Assembly (NCBI RefSeq): GCF_009914755.1
Contig: NC_060932.1
Strand: one strand, 5' to 3'
Length of the DNA: 64,000 nt
From: the human T2T-CHM13v2.0 reference genome, Homo sapiens
Every line of letters begins with the position of its first letter. The stretch's first letter is position 1. Positions 39,045-55,210 of this stretch are shown here, piece by piece. The notes beneath the pieces were generated by a model, which had not been told where the DNA came from, did no database searches, and was given only the letters and a program-made list of their open reading frames with translations. The position numbers and the translations under genes were made by a program.

Positions 39045-39170
39045 TATTTAATTCAAATCAAAAAGTATGGAATTCCTGTAGTGTGCCATATATTGATCTA
39101 GAATCAGGAAAGATAAAATGTTAATAAATGTAGGGCATCTGCTTTCAAAAATGCCCAGTTATGTTTAAGA
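39045..39170 (-). mobile_element. L2 3' end fragment
   Basis: atttaattcaaatcaaaaagtatggaattcctgtagtgtgcca...aagataaaatgttaataaa. Confidence 0.55.
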
Positions 39171-39324
39171 GAAGAGCTATGCCAATGGTACAATAGTTCT
39201 CAGTTCAGCAAATTCCCTAGGGAGTTATAAAATGATTGTCTTCTTTTTTTATAGCAAGATCCAATGAGATTACTTTCAGCGTGTCATGGTGCCTTAAATC
39301 TTAAATACAGCAGCCTCGAGCCTC

Positions 39325-39801
39325 TCCTGGTTATTGAGTATTGCTATGTGGCAAGTCCATCTGAATAGCTGAAATTTTAGTCTTACTTAAATTGAATTAA
39401 TTTAATTTAAACTACAAAAATAACCAATACTCAGTGCGTTATTGGAAAACATTTAATTATATTTGTGAGTTCTTGGGTATATGGATCTATTTTTGCAATT
39501 GCAACTTTTATGAAGTCTAAAATCAGATCACGTATTTCCTATGAAAATATAACATCCAGATTGAGATGTGCTAGAAATTCAAAACACACATCGGTGTCTA
39601 AGGGTTAGAACAAAGAAAAATAATGTGTGATCTATCTCATTAGTAAGTTTCTATGTTGATTGCATGTTGAAATAACATTATATATATATATTAGGTTACA
39701 TAAGTATATTTTAAAACTAACTTACTATTTTTTATAAATATTACTGGTAGAAAATTTTAAATTACATACTTGCCTCACATAATATTGGTGTTGGAAGCAC
39801 T
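39325..39801 (+). mobile_element. Charlie1b/Charlie1a-like hAT transposon remnant
   Basis: ttttatgaagtctaaaatcagatcacgtatttcctatgaaaatataacatccagattgagatgtgct...gttgattgcatgttgaaata...tagaaaattttaaattacata. Confidence 0.8.
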
Positions 39802-40467
39802 ACTGGAAATGAAGGCCATGTACTTGCCCTTTCTTCCTTATGGAAGAAAGAGATGGCATCTGGCCAAACCCACTGACCCATGGCTCTGTTAGCAAGAAGT
39901 TACCCCAGACACAGTCCTTGGCACGTGGGGCCAGCAGCAAAAAGAGGCCAGTAGCAGAGCCTAAAGCCTGACTGCAGGTTCTGCAGGTGACAGCTGAAAG
40001 GTCAGTCACCTCAGGTTTACATGCCATCTTAGCAAAAATACATTCCAAACCCCTCATCTGTACTTACAGCAAGACTGAAACCCATATAAACATATAAAAT
40101 ACCCAACTTAGGATTCTAATAAAAGTGAATGAGAACGTAAAGGCCAAGAGATCTGTGTCAAGCACCACACTTCACAAGATAGACTTAAGTTTTATGAAAA
40201 ATAAATCACTGATATTTCTTGGTGGGGGGTGTGGGGGGGAAGTATTTTCCACAGGAAAAATTTGTGTACTTCATTTGGCAAGGATAAATATCTATCACAT
40301 CTAATATTCTTTGTAAAAATATGTGATCCTTATCAGAGTGGAAATTACTGATCAACTCACCTGCTTAGACAAGAACTCATGCACCTGTTTGGCAAGGCTT
40401 TGTCGATTTTGCACTAACAATAGTGCGATAATCATGGGAAGCTTCCTGGCCCTAGAATGCAGGGCAA

Positions 40468-40486
40468 CACCCCCACCTAGTGGCTC
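40468..40486 (-). promoter_or_regulatory. Candidate CTCF site
   Basis: Minus strand GCCACTAGGTGGGG versus core CCASYAGRKGGCR, one mismatch; lies in unique sequence. Confidence 0.3.
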
Positions 40487-41729
40487 CTTTGCCAAGTTGT
40501 ACACAGTTTGTCAGATAATAAGCGCACATCCTGAGTGTACACATCTTTACACATGTATCCTTGCCTGCTACTTATACTGCAACTATGATCTTTCCGTCTA
40601 GAAGCATGCAGTCAAAAAAAAAAAAACTGCTTAAGAGTGGATAATGGACTCACAAGATTTAGAGAGTTACAATACCCTTAGAAATCATTTTAAATTAAGA
40701 CGTCATGTGTTTGGAAAATGTCTATGGTAAATCCAGGCAGGCTTCTGAGAAAGGTATCCTTAAGTCATGATTTTTAAAATGAGAGCATAGAAGGTATAAA
40801 GATGATATATTGATATGCCAGGCTTGCCTTTGCTTCAGGTTAAAACCCAAGTTATTTCTGGGCAAGGTATCTACCCCATTATATCATATTAGGATGTTGA
40901 ACGTATTCAGTATGAAAGTCACGTGGAATTATAAAAGGTTTGTTATTTTCAGGTTCTTGGTTGGAAGAGGAAGAAACCTGCTAGAAAATCCAAAAGAGTA
41001 TCTATCTAGCAGTAGAATCTAGATGTTTAATGGGAATATTCAAAGTCTTGTCGGATGTTGAGATAAGAGCTTAAAATTTAGACTTTGAGGGTGTTAAAAT
41101 TTTAGATTAATACACTGAAATTTTTCATTTTTATTATCATAGAATTAGAACCTTAGAGGCATACAATAGGATGCTCACATCTTAAAATCAGTTGCTTACA
41201 AAGCTAGTCTTGGAAGGCTCTGGAAAATAAATACTCCCTTTTCCTAACATCAGCTTCAGGGACAAAGTTGAGGGACTTACTTCCTTTTGAGAGTTTCACA
41301 AATAAATAACTCAGGAATGTTTTTAGGAAGATCTGTTTCTCTTGGAATTGGTCCCTGAAATATTCTCTATCATATAGATAAGTTAATGTTGGGGGTTCTT
41401 TATGGGTAATTTCAATAAGAGATAGCCAGACGAGGATAGCGTGCCTCGTGGAGCTTGAAGAGTGTAAGAAGGTCAGTACTGTGGGCATTATTTTGTTAAA
41501 TTTGGGGAAAAGGGGTGTTTGGATAACTAGTCCTCCCAAAAAGAAGTGGATTGGCACTCACAGTAATAAGATCTACTTGTAGCGAAGAGCTTTCTGAGTA
41601 TTATTCACTGCACTGGACTGTTTACTAGATTATTAAGCTCAACTTATCTGTATGTAATAAAGAAATGAGGAAGGACATTAAAAACACAAAGGAATATGTG
41701 AAGGTTATGGTGATGACTGTATACCAGAA

Positions 41730-41918
41730 GTTTCATTCAGTTTCATTAAATTCATGACAACCTCTAAGCTGAGACTTGTTATTTTTTCGGACATGAAAAC
41801 TGAAGCACAAAGTGATGAAATAAGGTCTCCAAGGTCAAATAGCCAGCCAATGTAGATCGGGATCTTAATATAGGTCTATTTTACTCTAAAGTACTTTCTC
41901 TTTCTAAAATACTAGGTA
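41730..41918 (-). mobile_element. MIR
   Basis: tcattaaattcatgacaacctct...gaaaactgaagcacaaagtgatgaaataaggtctccaaggtcaaatagc. Confidence 0.8.
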
Positions 41919-42039
41919 GTTTTCATGACAAAAGTACCCATTAATCCTCTAGAACATGCATTTACTCTATATTACAGCTTTGCATGCAATAACTAGTTGT
42001 GTTTCCTCAATGATGTCACCTTGAAGTGGCTTTTATTTT

Positions 42040-42150
42040 TCTTATTTCACTGATGAGAGATGTGAGGGTTACCTGAGGGACATATCAAGTGGTCAAACCA
42101 CTATTCAGTAGCTATCCTTCTTACTTCAAAACTCCGTGGTCTGCTCAAAA
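42040..42150 (-). mobile_element. MIR fragment
   Basis: tatttcactgatgagagatgtgagg...caagtggtcaaaccactattcagt. Confidence 0.45.
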
Positions 42151-45100
42151 CCGTCTGCTAAGTAAATATGCTAAAAATGAGTTCTCTTCTGTTACTGACC
42201 TCTTATCTTGGTCCTTGTTAATTTCCCTCATTTTCTTCAAATCTGGCAAATTAATTCAAAAGAATACACAGTTAGGAATAATCTCTCTCTGATGCAGGTC
42301 TTGAAAGCAAAAAAAAAAAAAAAGAAAAGAAAAGAAAATGGGATTAGAAATAGGATGACTGTGGTCTAAGCATCGTAAAGCTGTCTGTCTTCTGGTTTTC
42401 TTTTTCCGTATTCACACAGCCTTATCAGAACCCCTGTGAGATTGTACAAAATGCTGGCCTTATTTCCACTAACAGTTGTTGGTTTTGTTGTTTTCATCCA
42501 AATACCTTAGTCATAAGTAATTGGATTTCCTTACTACAGAAGAACTGGCATTTTTGTGATAATGAAGTTGAGAACAGGGGTTCATTTGACATTAAAGGTG
42601 CTTTGCAAATGTACTATAAAAACCTGGTTTAGAAGAGTACATTAAGGAATAGAGTGAGGGTTTAATCTTCAAGAAATGTACTGAAATATCCAGAGGATAC
42701 TAGGCAATGGCATGTGAATAAGCTCTTAAAGCATCCCTGCGTTACCTGAAACTCAGGTCTGTTTCTTAAGTGTGGCCCTTGTTTTAAATTGCAGATTCAT
42801 TTCCCATATTCTTTAAGTCTTCCAGAAAAGTGGCAAGGCCACTGTCAAAAACAAACAAATAAAAAACCCAGGAAACAAAAACTGAAAAAATACAAAATTG
42901 GAATATGATTGTTTTCAAAGGCAAGAAAAAGACTCATCAGCTAGAAGGAAGAAGATCCATACAGACACAAAGGTAGAAAAATACATAATGTATAATACTT
43001 TGATTTAAATACGTTATCACAGATGTCTGACATTTTCAACAAAAACACATACCTAACCCGTCTGGATTGAATATGATTTGAGGTTATTGATTTATTCATA
43101 TATTCGTATGTAAGTTCGATTCTCACTTGAATGAGATCTTCAAAAATAGGTATAATGTGGATAGAAATAAAATCAAGGATATTCATTTATTAGTTTAAAT
43201 GAGGCATTTTTAGTATATTTATCACTGTTAGAAGTAAATATTGAAGTCTAGATGTTCACTGAGAAACACAGATGCTAGAACATTTTGAAGGATTTTAAAT
43301 GGTTTCATTTAATAGCACGTGTGTATGTTTGTAAGGAAATTATCGGGGATAATATAGAGAAAAGTCTTAATGAGACTGTCAAAGAAGAGAATGTGAACTG
43401 GAGATCAAGAAATGAAAAAAAAAAGCCATACATTCACATTTTACAATTTACAATTCTGCAATATATAAATTTTTGCAACAAAAAATACAAGAATTATAAT
43501 GTGTAAATATTTTAATATTTGAAATATTAAAAAACTTTTTAAAGCATATCTTTTCCAAGTTTGCATATTTTCCTAAGCCAGGATCAATAGAATACCATCA
43601 TAAGGGCACACAGTGGATTCATTTCAGAATCAGACCTGTAGCTAAGGTTTCCTGAGACTTTAGTCAAGTGTGTTTAATGGTACAATATTCAAAATGGGTG
43701 CAGGATCAAGCACACGCTAATATTCTAATAAGCTAGAGTGGCATTTTTAACACAGAGATTTTCTTAATAACATAAAATGGACTCAGATGTGTATCTTTTC
43801 CAATATTAAAATTCAGTCATTTCTTTAAGTATCTGATCCACTTAAAAACAAAATATGTTTTAAAAGTATGTTAATGAACAAATAATTCTTTGAAAATGAA
43901 TTAATTCAATTATAGATTCACTCACTCCATCTTTCATAATGACTTGGGCAGTTTAATTGCCAGCATTTTAATTTCCAATTGTTTCCTGCTACTCTATAAG
44001 AATGGAATTAATTTTGAATTAGTAGCCTTGTGTATCTAAATTCATGAATAATGTTGAGTAGGCTTTTGGTTTCTTGTTTTGTTTCATTTTTATTTTCTTT
44101 TAATTTTTGATTCCTTGGGATTTTCTACATAAACAATCATATCATCTCTTCTGCAAATAAAGACAATTTTGCTTCTTCCTTTAAAATTTTTAAGCCTTTT
44201 CTTTATCTTAACTCATTGAAATCCACCAATGCAAGGCTGAATAGAAGAGGTTTTTTTTTTCCCAAAACAAGAGGAAACAATTCAGTTGCCTTATTTTTGA
44301 AATCAGAGAGAAACAATTGTCTCTCACTGTAACGTTTGCTGTCAATTTTCCATTTGTGCTTTTTTAAAATTTGAGGAAGTTCCTTACTATTTTTACTTTA
44401 GGTGAGTGTTAAATTCTGTCTAATGTTCTTTATGTACCTATTTAAAAGAACCTTTTATTCCCGGAACGTGGTAAATTTTATTGACTGAATTTTTGTTAAC
44501 ATTAAACTAACCACACAATCCTGGGTTAAATTCCACTTGTCATGAAATATTAAATTTTTAATATCTATTATTAGGTTCTATTTGGTAATATTTTGTTTTG
44601 TGCCTATAAATGTAAAGAACATCGGTCCGTAATTGTCTTTTTTGAATGCCTCTGTCAGATTTGGTATTAGGGTTGTGCTGGTCTTTTAAAACAAGTTAAG
44701 CAATGATCCCTCTTGCAATATTTTCTGAAAACGTTTATAGAAATGTGTGTAAATCTGCCATATGCACACACTCAAACACACACCTACAAACCTCATTAGT
44801 TTTCCTTCATCTGAGAAGGTCTATTGTTCACTCTCATTCTGAAAAATATTGTTGCTGAATGTAGAATTCTGTTGTAACATGGCTTTCTTTGATTCTTTTA
44901 GTTATTTCATATTCTTCTGGCCTCATATTTCTGATGAGAAATTCACAGTCATTCAAGTCAGTGTCTCCCGTGTGTAGTATATGATTTGTCTTTTGTTCTA
45001 GCTATTTTCAACATTTTATACTTACATTTGATGTTTAGCAGTTTAATATGTTGTATCTAAAAAATGGTTAACTTTGAGTTTATTGTGTTGAGATTTACTG

Positions 45101-45604
45101 AGCTTTTTTAAAACTATAAATGTAAAATTTTTAGTGATTCTCTAAATATGTTTTTCAGAGCTACTATGTTTTCTCTATTTGTTACCTCAATGGTATGTAT
45201 ATTAGACATTTTGAAAATTTCCCACAGAATTTTTAGATCTGTTTCTTCCCTGATATTTTTGTCTATTATTTAGAATGGATAATGCCTATTGATCTATCTT
45301 CAAATTGACTGGCTTTCTCTTCTATTATCGATTCTGCTATTGAGCTCATTTAGTAAACTTTTCTTTTAAATTCTGTATTTCTACGCTCAAAATTTTCACT
45401 TAAAAAATATATCTCTTGACTCCTGACCTCTTTCATATGGATTTGAATGCATAGCTCTTTACCTCATAGAACATGGTTTTAATAGCTGGCTTAAAGTTCT
45501 TCTGTTTTTATAATTATTTTAATACCTGAGTCATATTGAGGTTAGCATCTATTGATTATTGATTGCTTTTCCACCTGAAAATTTGTTTTTTATTTATTTA
45601 TTTA

Positions 45605-45605
<1 letters not shown>

Positions 45606-45652
<47 letters not shown>
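45606..45652 (+). repeat. Compound (TG)n(TA)n microsatellite at the Alu tail
   Basis: About (TG)14 followed by (TA)9, then the Alu poly-T. Confidence 0.95.
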
Positions 45653-45942
<290 letters not shown>

Positions 45943-47369
45943 TATTTTTTGTATATAAATAATTTTGAATTTTAACATGGGTATTGTGAATGTTATCTCG
46001 TGAGGATGCTAGGTAGTATTATAATCATATAGAGGATGATAATGTTTTGTTCTAGCAGGCAATCAGCCCAGATAGGTTCAGATTGTGAATTCCATCTCCT
46101 CTTCTTTTTGTGATGGCTCAAATCTCAATCATATCTCTAACTCTACTATGTTACTTTGGGTCTGATTTATGCCTGCATAGCTCAGGGAATGGTGTGAGAC
46201 ACACGTGTTTACTTTTGATTTTACTTCTGTTCTCTAAGCTTTTGGTACATTGGTTTGGGTGTCTTCCCTGCATATGTAATCCTGGAGTAAGTTGGAGACT
46301 GAGCAGCAGTCCAAATCTCAGTTCAGCTTGCCAAACCTCTGTTATACTGGTTTGGGTCTCTCTCACACATGCATAGCTCAGAAATAAGTCTGCAATTTTG
46401 GTTCATTTATAGATTTAGCAGACGTATGTCTATAGTTATCAATAATCTCAAATTTTTCCCACATGCTCCTGTTTTCCTCTTTCCTCTGGCCAGATATAGG
46501 TGATTCCTCTTTTTGTTTAGCCAGCATCATGGTGCCTTTTCTCTCCAACTGGGGGTTGATCATTGGACCGAAGTTGAGAGAACTTTTTTTTTTAGAAAGC
46601 AAATAGATACGAAAAATTACAGAACCTCACCCCTAGGAGGTCACTTCTCCAAGTTTTGACTCCTCTGTTTTTGCCTACTTTACAGAGTCCTCATGTACAT
46701 TTCCTCTGTGTTTGTATGTTTTAGTATGTAAGTCCAAATGCCTGCTTCTGAATCTTATGTTGTAATTTTATATATCTTTGTATATACACTTATCCATATT
46801 AAATTTCAACTCAACAGCTGTTTACCAAGCAACTGCTATGTAAAAGTACTGCATTGTGCATTGCTGATACAGATGTGGATATCTCTAATCTTGAAGGAGC
46901 TCGACATTTAACGATGCATTTATCCTTTTACATGAATGACCATGACACAATATGGAAACTACTACCAGCGATAGATTTGCAAAGTATTGTGATCACAAAG
47001 ATGCCAACTTGTTTGGTTCTACCAAGGGGCTCAAAAAAAAAAAAAAGCTCTAGATGTTTGGTTGTTTTTCCTTCAGTTCCAGAAGTAAGGAGGAGAGAAT
47101 TTAAGGCAAATATGAACGAGAGGTAGAATGATAGGAAGTTCTTTCATGTGGTTATGGAATTAACTGGGTAGGGATAGAAGGTTATTAGAGAGCAAACAAA
47201 TCTCAGAGTATGCTCTAAAGGAGTTTCAGTTGAATGGGTTGGTGATACTGTGTTTTTAAAGATGAAAGTTAAAGCAATAGACCTTTTGAAATAAAACATA
47301 TAAGTGTATTTTTGGTTTATTTCCTAAAAACTTAGGAAATGTTTTCTAGGGTCATTCAGCAAATCTGTA

Positions 47370-48231
47370 TGCTATAATTTGAATGTGTTCCCCAAAGTTC
47401 AGGTATTGGAAGCTTAGTCCCCAATTCAACAACGTTGAAAGGTGGGACCTTTAAAAGGTGATTAGATAATAATTTCTCTTCCCTCATGAATGGATTAATG
47501 TCTTTACCATGAGAGTAGGTTAGTGTATTAGGCTGTCCTTGCATTGCCATAAAGAAATACCTGAGACTCGGTAATTCATAAAAAAAAAATAGATTTAATT
47601 GGCTCATGGTTCTGAAGGCTTTATAGGAAGCCTGCTGCTGGCATCTACTCAGCTTCTGGGGAGGCCACAGAAAGCTTAGAATCACGGCAAAAGGTGAAAA
47701 GGGAGCAGGCACATCACATAATGAAAGCAGGAGCAAGAGAAAGTTGTTGGGGTGGGAAGTCTGCAAAAATGCCACACACATTTAAACAACCAGATCTTGC
47801 GGGAACTCACTCACTATTGCAAAGACAGTACCAAGCCATTAAGGATCCCACCTCCATGACTCAAACACCACCTCCCACCAAACATCACCTCCAGAACTGG
47901 TGATGACAATTCAACATGAGATTAGGGTGAGAACAAATATACAAACTATATCATCTAGCTATTATGAGAGTGGTTTCCTGACAAAAGGATGAATTCAGCC
48001 CCATTACACACACACTCTCTCTCTGTTTCTCTGTCTCTCTCTCTTCCTCTCTCTCTTGCATGTCCCTGTTTGCTGACCCCCATGGGATGACTCAGCAAAA
48101 AGGCCCATACAAGATGCAGGCCCCTTGACCTTGGACTTCTCATCCTCCAGAACTATGAGAAGCAAACTAATTTTATTTATATATTATCCAGTCACTAGTA
48201 TTCGGTTATAGCAACAAAAATGAACTAAGAA
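47370..48231 (+). mobile_element. MaLR LTR, MSTC/MSTD-like, split by a nested MSTB
   Basis: tgctataatttgaatgtgttccccaaagttc...ccctcatgaatggattaatg (47370-47523) resumes at 47954 with ...cttgaccttggacttctcatcctccagaactatgaga...gttatagcaacaaaaatgaactaaga. Confidence 0.85.
47524..47953 (-). mobile_element. MaLR solo LTR, MSTB-like, nested in an older MST
   Basis: tgtattaggctgtccttgcattgccataaagaaatacctgagact ... caattcaacatgagatt...caaactatatca. Confidence 0.92.
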
Positions 48232-48273
48232 CTCTGCTAGCTTCCTGCCAGGTGCTAGGTTGACTCTTCATAA

Positions 48274-48594
<321 letters not shown>

Positions 48595-49647
48595 ATAGTT
48601 TTATTTATAAACTGACATCACCAATGTATAAAGTAGAAAAGGAAAATGTTGAATTCATAATGAAGGGCTTGTAATGGGTACTATAATGATATGCTTTTGA
48701 ATTACCCTATTTGTTGACTTTATATGTTTATGATACAAAGCTCCCGCTTTGCCTTATTTCCTGCTGTGAAATTCAAACTTATTTGCAGAAAAAATAAAGA
48801 AAAAAATTTCCCAAGAATATTAATGTATTCAGTAAAAGCCTGAGCATTTCCTATGAAGTACACAATTATTCCTAGAACAGAATCTTGACCAGAGAGCTCT
48901 CCTCGAATTTTGCAGGAGTCTTCCTCTCATTTGGACATCAGCTTTCCTGCCGTCTTTGGCCTTGGCACATGTGGGAGTGTGTGTATGTGCAGGGAAACTG
49001 TGTCATTCAGTGCCATTCCCAAAGACTTCCAAAGACCCAACAGAGATTTCAAATAGTTCTTTTTGTCTAGTTCTGTTATGAACATGGAATTTTGAATCTG
49101 CAGAAAGCAAATTTGAGACTCATTTAAAATTTAATAAATAACCATAATATATTAAAAGTCAAATTATAATAGTGTGATGTTATTGAATTAGGGCAAATAC
49201 ATGACACTGTGAAATCCTTAATAAATTATGCATGAGGCATTCTGAATTGTTTACCTCAATTTGGACAATTTTAGAGATTAAAGAGTACTGTGTAATTTAG
49301 TTTGTAGTTTTAGGGCATAATGGGGAGAAGAGAAACATAGCTTGTATTTGTTCCAGCTTATTTTTGTATTAGTGTCTTACTTCACAATTGTGTTTGAAAA
49401 CATTTATTTATTTACTTTACATTAATATTGCTTATCGTTCAATGTTTTCAGAAGTAAATCAACTTCAATAGAAGTTAAAAATGAAAGCTTCTTTTGGAAA
49501 TAAATGTGGTTACTCTCACAAATCTTATCTATCTCTTGACTCTTTGTAAGACAATTGTCTACTCATACATTTATTTTCAAAATCATCTACTTCAAGCTTT
49601 AACATCAGAGCAAAATGTTTCTTGCTCATGAAACAATGAGAAATAGT

Positions 49648-49650
<3 letters not shown>

Positions 49651-49687
<37 letters not shown>
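49651..49687 (+). repeat. Perfect (GT)18 microsatellite
   Basis: Directly visible. Confidence 0.98.
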
Positions 49688-49690
<3 letters not shown>

Positions 49691-50211
49691 ATTTTCCCTG
49701 GAGGAAGAGTTGGATGTCTAAAATAGGCAAAATAAAACACAATAAGGTAAATGTTTTCATAGAGATACTTAATTATTTGATGGGTCTTTGCTGCATATGA
49801 GGAAAGTAAGCATCAGGGTAGAGAAATATGAACTCCCTCTGCTAAAAAGAACAGAATTGCTGGTGGGAACCTGGGAGCAGCTTAGGCATAGGGACTCAGA
49901 ATTGGAAGCACAGAGATACCGTAAACAATTGCCTCAAGAAAATATATTTTCTCTTTCGTCAACTTGACTTGGTGGTAAGTTAAGATGTAAGTATCAACCC
50001 AATTTTTCAGTCCATCTGCATTCTAATATATATGTTCATGCACCAGTGAATCACAATTACTCTTGTTCACGTTCAGAGCTGAGATGTGTCCCAGCTTTGT
50101 GTTCTGATTCACCAGGTATTAGCACTTCTCTGTCAGCAATATCAGTGTGCTTCTCTGAGGGGTGTACTGCACCAGGAGTTTTGCCCTGGTCCTCTCCTAA
50201 GGAGAGAACAT

Positions 50212-50541
50212 AGTTTTATGGTACAAAATTATCTCAAGAGGGCTGGTAATTGTAGTCTTCCTGTGTGCATAGGAAACAGGGGGAAAAAAACACAAAATGA
50301 TAAATAGTATCAATCTCTGCCATACCCAGTCCCTTCAGTTTGAAGCTTTGATGCCTCATTTGGCAGAGCCAATATTGTATGCCCATCAAATTATTTCCTT
50401 TTTGTCCTTAACAAATAAGAAGACTACATTTCTCAGAACTCTTACATTTTCTTGGGATAATATGATGAAGTCTGGCCAATGAACATGGACAGGCATCATG
50501 TACACCACAAAACTCTCCAGAGAGATCACTGATATCTCTCT
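50212..50541 (+). repeat. Local direct repeat, copy 1 (head-to-head MLT1 fragments plus spacer)
   Basis: Aligns by eye to 52533-52875 throughout, roughly 80% identical. Confidence 0.93.
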
Positions 50542-51044
50542 CTCTCTCCCCCAACTCCCTGAGTTACGGTAAAGGCAGTCTGAAGATTTAAGCCACTATA
50601 AGTAAATTTCTCAAGGCTCTTTCTAAAATGCTACAGATGGCCCTTCATAGTGAGTGGATTTGGCATTGAAAACAGAGAAAGGCAAAACTTCGCTAAGCAC
50701 ACATCCAGTGATGTAAATTCATCACAGTCTACTGATAATCTAAGAAACAACAGCAACAACAACTCATCCTCGTGTCCTCATTCATTCCTGTGTTCATTGC
50801 AACTGATACAATCCATGATACCTTTTAGGCTCTGGGTAAATATTTTGGTGAAAGGCAAAGGCAGTCTAGATAGAAAAAAATAAAAGGCTCACTCTTGAGC
50901 AGATGTTATTTTGGAGGATAAAAAAAAGTAGAGAGATATCATCTCTGTATTTTTACAAAGGTTTTTTTTTTAAAAAACAAAGGTTATTTCTGCCTTTCCT
51001 ATTTGTGAGTCAGCAAGAGTTGGTTGGTCTAGTTGAACACGTCT

Positions 51045-51675
<631 letters not shown>

Positions 51676-52046
51676 GTATTGAGAACTTAATTTATAAAAC
51701 AAAATATCAAAGAATGGAAGGTATTGGGAAATAGAATAAGACAGTAATAAGAAAAAAAAAACAAAAAAAGAATCAGATGGTGAAATGTGGCTTCACTCTT
51801 TATTATCTTTGTTTTCTCAGAAAATTTATTTAACTCAATTTCTTCACTTAAACAATAAAAGACTTAATAATCTAGACTTAAAAAAATAGTTTTAACACTT
51901 AAAGTTCCTGACACATAGCAGAGGTTTGATAGTTGTTAGTTCCCCAAACATAGCACTGAGAAGCAAATCTATATTTGACTCCAAATTTCAGTCTTTTAAC
52001 CAGGATGCAAAATTCATGCACTTGATGAGCCCATCATTATTGATAG

Positions 52047-52875
<829 letters not shown>

Positions 52876-54649
52876 AGCTCTTTGGCTGGTTGGATGCAGA
52901 ACCCTGGGGAGGATTTTAACAAGACACAAGATAGGGGTGATGTTACAAAGCAGAAGGGCTCAGGATCTCTAAATAACTACGTGGAAGACCACTCACCAAA
53001 TATTCAATAAGACAGGCTGTGTCAGGGACATCAAATACATTTTTATTTTTTAAAATCATTGATGTATGTGTGTTTGTTACAGTAGCTAGTATTAAGACAA
53101 TAGAGAAAGCTACCTTGAACTAGAAGGTGGCAAAAACAAAATTCTAACAGTTTCAGTCTCAGCAGTCACCACAGTAGACAGAAAGGACACTAACATCAGA
53201 GGCTGGGAAAATGTCAATGCATGATATAAACTAGCAAAATATTTGGTAAGCACGTAGGCCCTGTTAACTTGAGAATCATACCATGTAACTGTTGAGCTTG
53301 TGGTTGAAAAACAGAATATTCATGGTCAACATAGGGGGAAAAAAAAGCAAAAACAAAAACCAGGTAATTTGTAAGCTGATGCAAAGCTAAGTAAAGAAAA
53401 TCCAGACACTCAGGACCTTGTTGAATTAGAAAACCTGACTGTTTCTAGAATCAAAGAGATGGTATCTTCAAAGGACATGAGTGATGTGTGAGTGAGAAAA
53501 CTCTGGCAAAACTTCTCTGTTAAACAAAGTGACTCAGGGCATGGATGTGATTGAAGTGTGACCTTCTCACGTGCTCCTCCTGGTGTTCTCAAGGTTACTG
53601 CCATTAATTTGAGAGAAAGCAAGATGTAAAAAAATATAAAACAAAACAAATAGCCAAGTTTGGGAACTATGCCCAAGAATCATGCCCACTTTGATTGTGG
53701 TTAACTAAGCATTGGACTGATGGCTAGCAAGGGGATCACAAACATACCATGTGTTGGAAAGACCTGTGTTTTCAAACAAAACACAAGCAAGGACTTAAAA
53801 TGCTTTTGATTTTCCAAATGGTAAAATAATTTCAGATTGCAAACCTCCCAGAAGCAGAAGGCAGACTCCAGAGACTATGTTTCCCAAAGAAGGCATATTC
53901 CTTAAAATCCATTTCAGACATGGCCAACAAAGAAAATGTATTCCCAGAGCTAAGAACCAAATGGAACAATAGACAGACCGTTTTTCTTTGAGAAAGACCA
54001 GAGTCTAATGAATGAATTTCCCCAGGGCACAGGAAAACTGTACCATTCCATTGTCTTTCCACAAGGTACTTTAGAGATTCCACGGAACATCAAGTACTAT
54101 ATATATCAACTACATCAACTACTATATGTTTCCTATTTTCCCTAATTTGAACGCAAGTGCCAACTATGGGGTTCCTTTTGGGGTTCTGCCATCATGTATC
54201 AAGTAGCAGTCTGGAGGCGAACAACTTGTATTATTCTGTTCATAGGTTGAGAACCAGGAAAGTCATATCCAAATCTGATACAGGGCACTGCATTTCACCA
54301 GGAGATCCTGTACTTATGATTGGATGAATTCACTGAATGAGATTTGAGGTTGTAACTCTTGAAGAGGAAGTAAAGAGTTCTATAGGAGGGAGGAAAATGA
54401 AACAGAAGGATAGATCATATAATTTCTTTCTTCCGTGTTCCCCTCATGCTATTTTCTTCACGAGAAAACCTTCTTCCCCAAATTTCTGACCAAACCCCTC
54501 TAAGTTTTTTCAGTTAAGACTAAATAACCATCCCTTCCACAGAGCATTTTCCCCTACAACAGGAAAATGTTATCTGTCCTTCCACTAGAAGCCCACGACA
54601 GTCTATCTGTATCTTTTTACAGCTCATTGACATCAAGATTAACTAGCAA

Positions 54650-54780
54650 GAAGTGGTGTGGTTTAGGCCTTATTCTCTCACTTGTCTGAACTTCAGTTTC
54701 CCCAACTATATAACATGAATATAAACATGAAGATAATGGGAATATAGTGAGAATTAAATGAAATATTATGAAATTATTCA
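54650..54780 (+). mobile_element. MIR fragment
   Basis: tctgaacttcagtttccccaactatataacatgaatataa...gtgagaattaaatgaaat. Confidence 0.75.
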
Positions 54781-54903
54781 AAGGAAGACACCCAGTTACT
54801 ATGTTTCACCCCATCCACTGCTTTTCAAGACAGAAAGATCTCTAAGATTTTTTAAGAGGCGTAGCACATATTAGCTCTCAATAATATTGTTTTAAGAAAA
54901 TTA

Positions 54904-55210
<307 letters not shown>

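Noticed and set aside
40221-40240. G-rich tract as a G-quadruplex (also 37287-37300)
   Set aside because: Lacks four clean G3 runs with loops; weak candidate
46170-46385. Spaced short direct repeats (tgcatagctcag, tggtttggg) suggestive of an array
   Set aside because: Only two or three degenerate units within an old L1 5' region; not CRISPR-like and the DNA is eukaryotic
47356-47903. 141 aa and 69 aa ORFs, and similar ORFs at 33750-34021, 58259-58631 and 60624-61015
   Set aside because: Lie within MST/THE1 LTRs; chance frames
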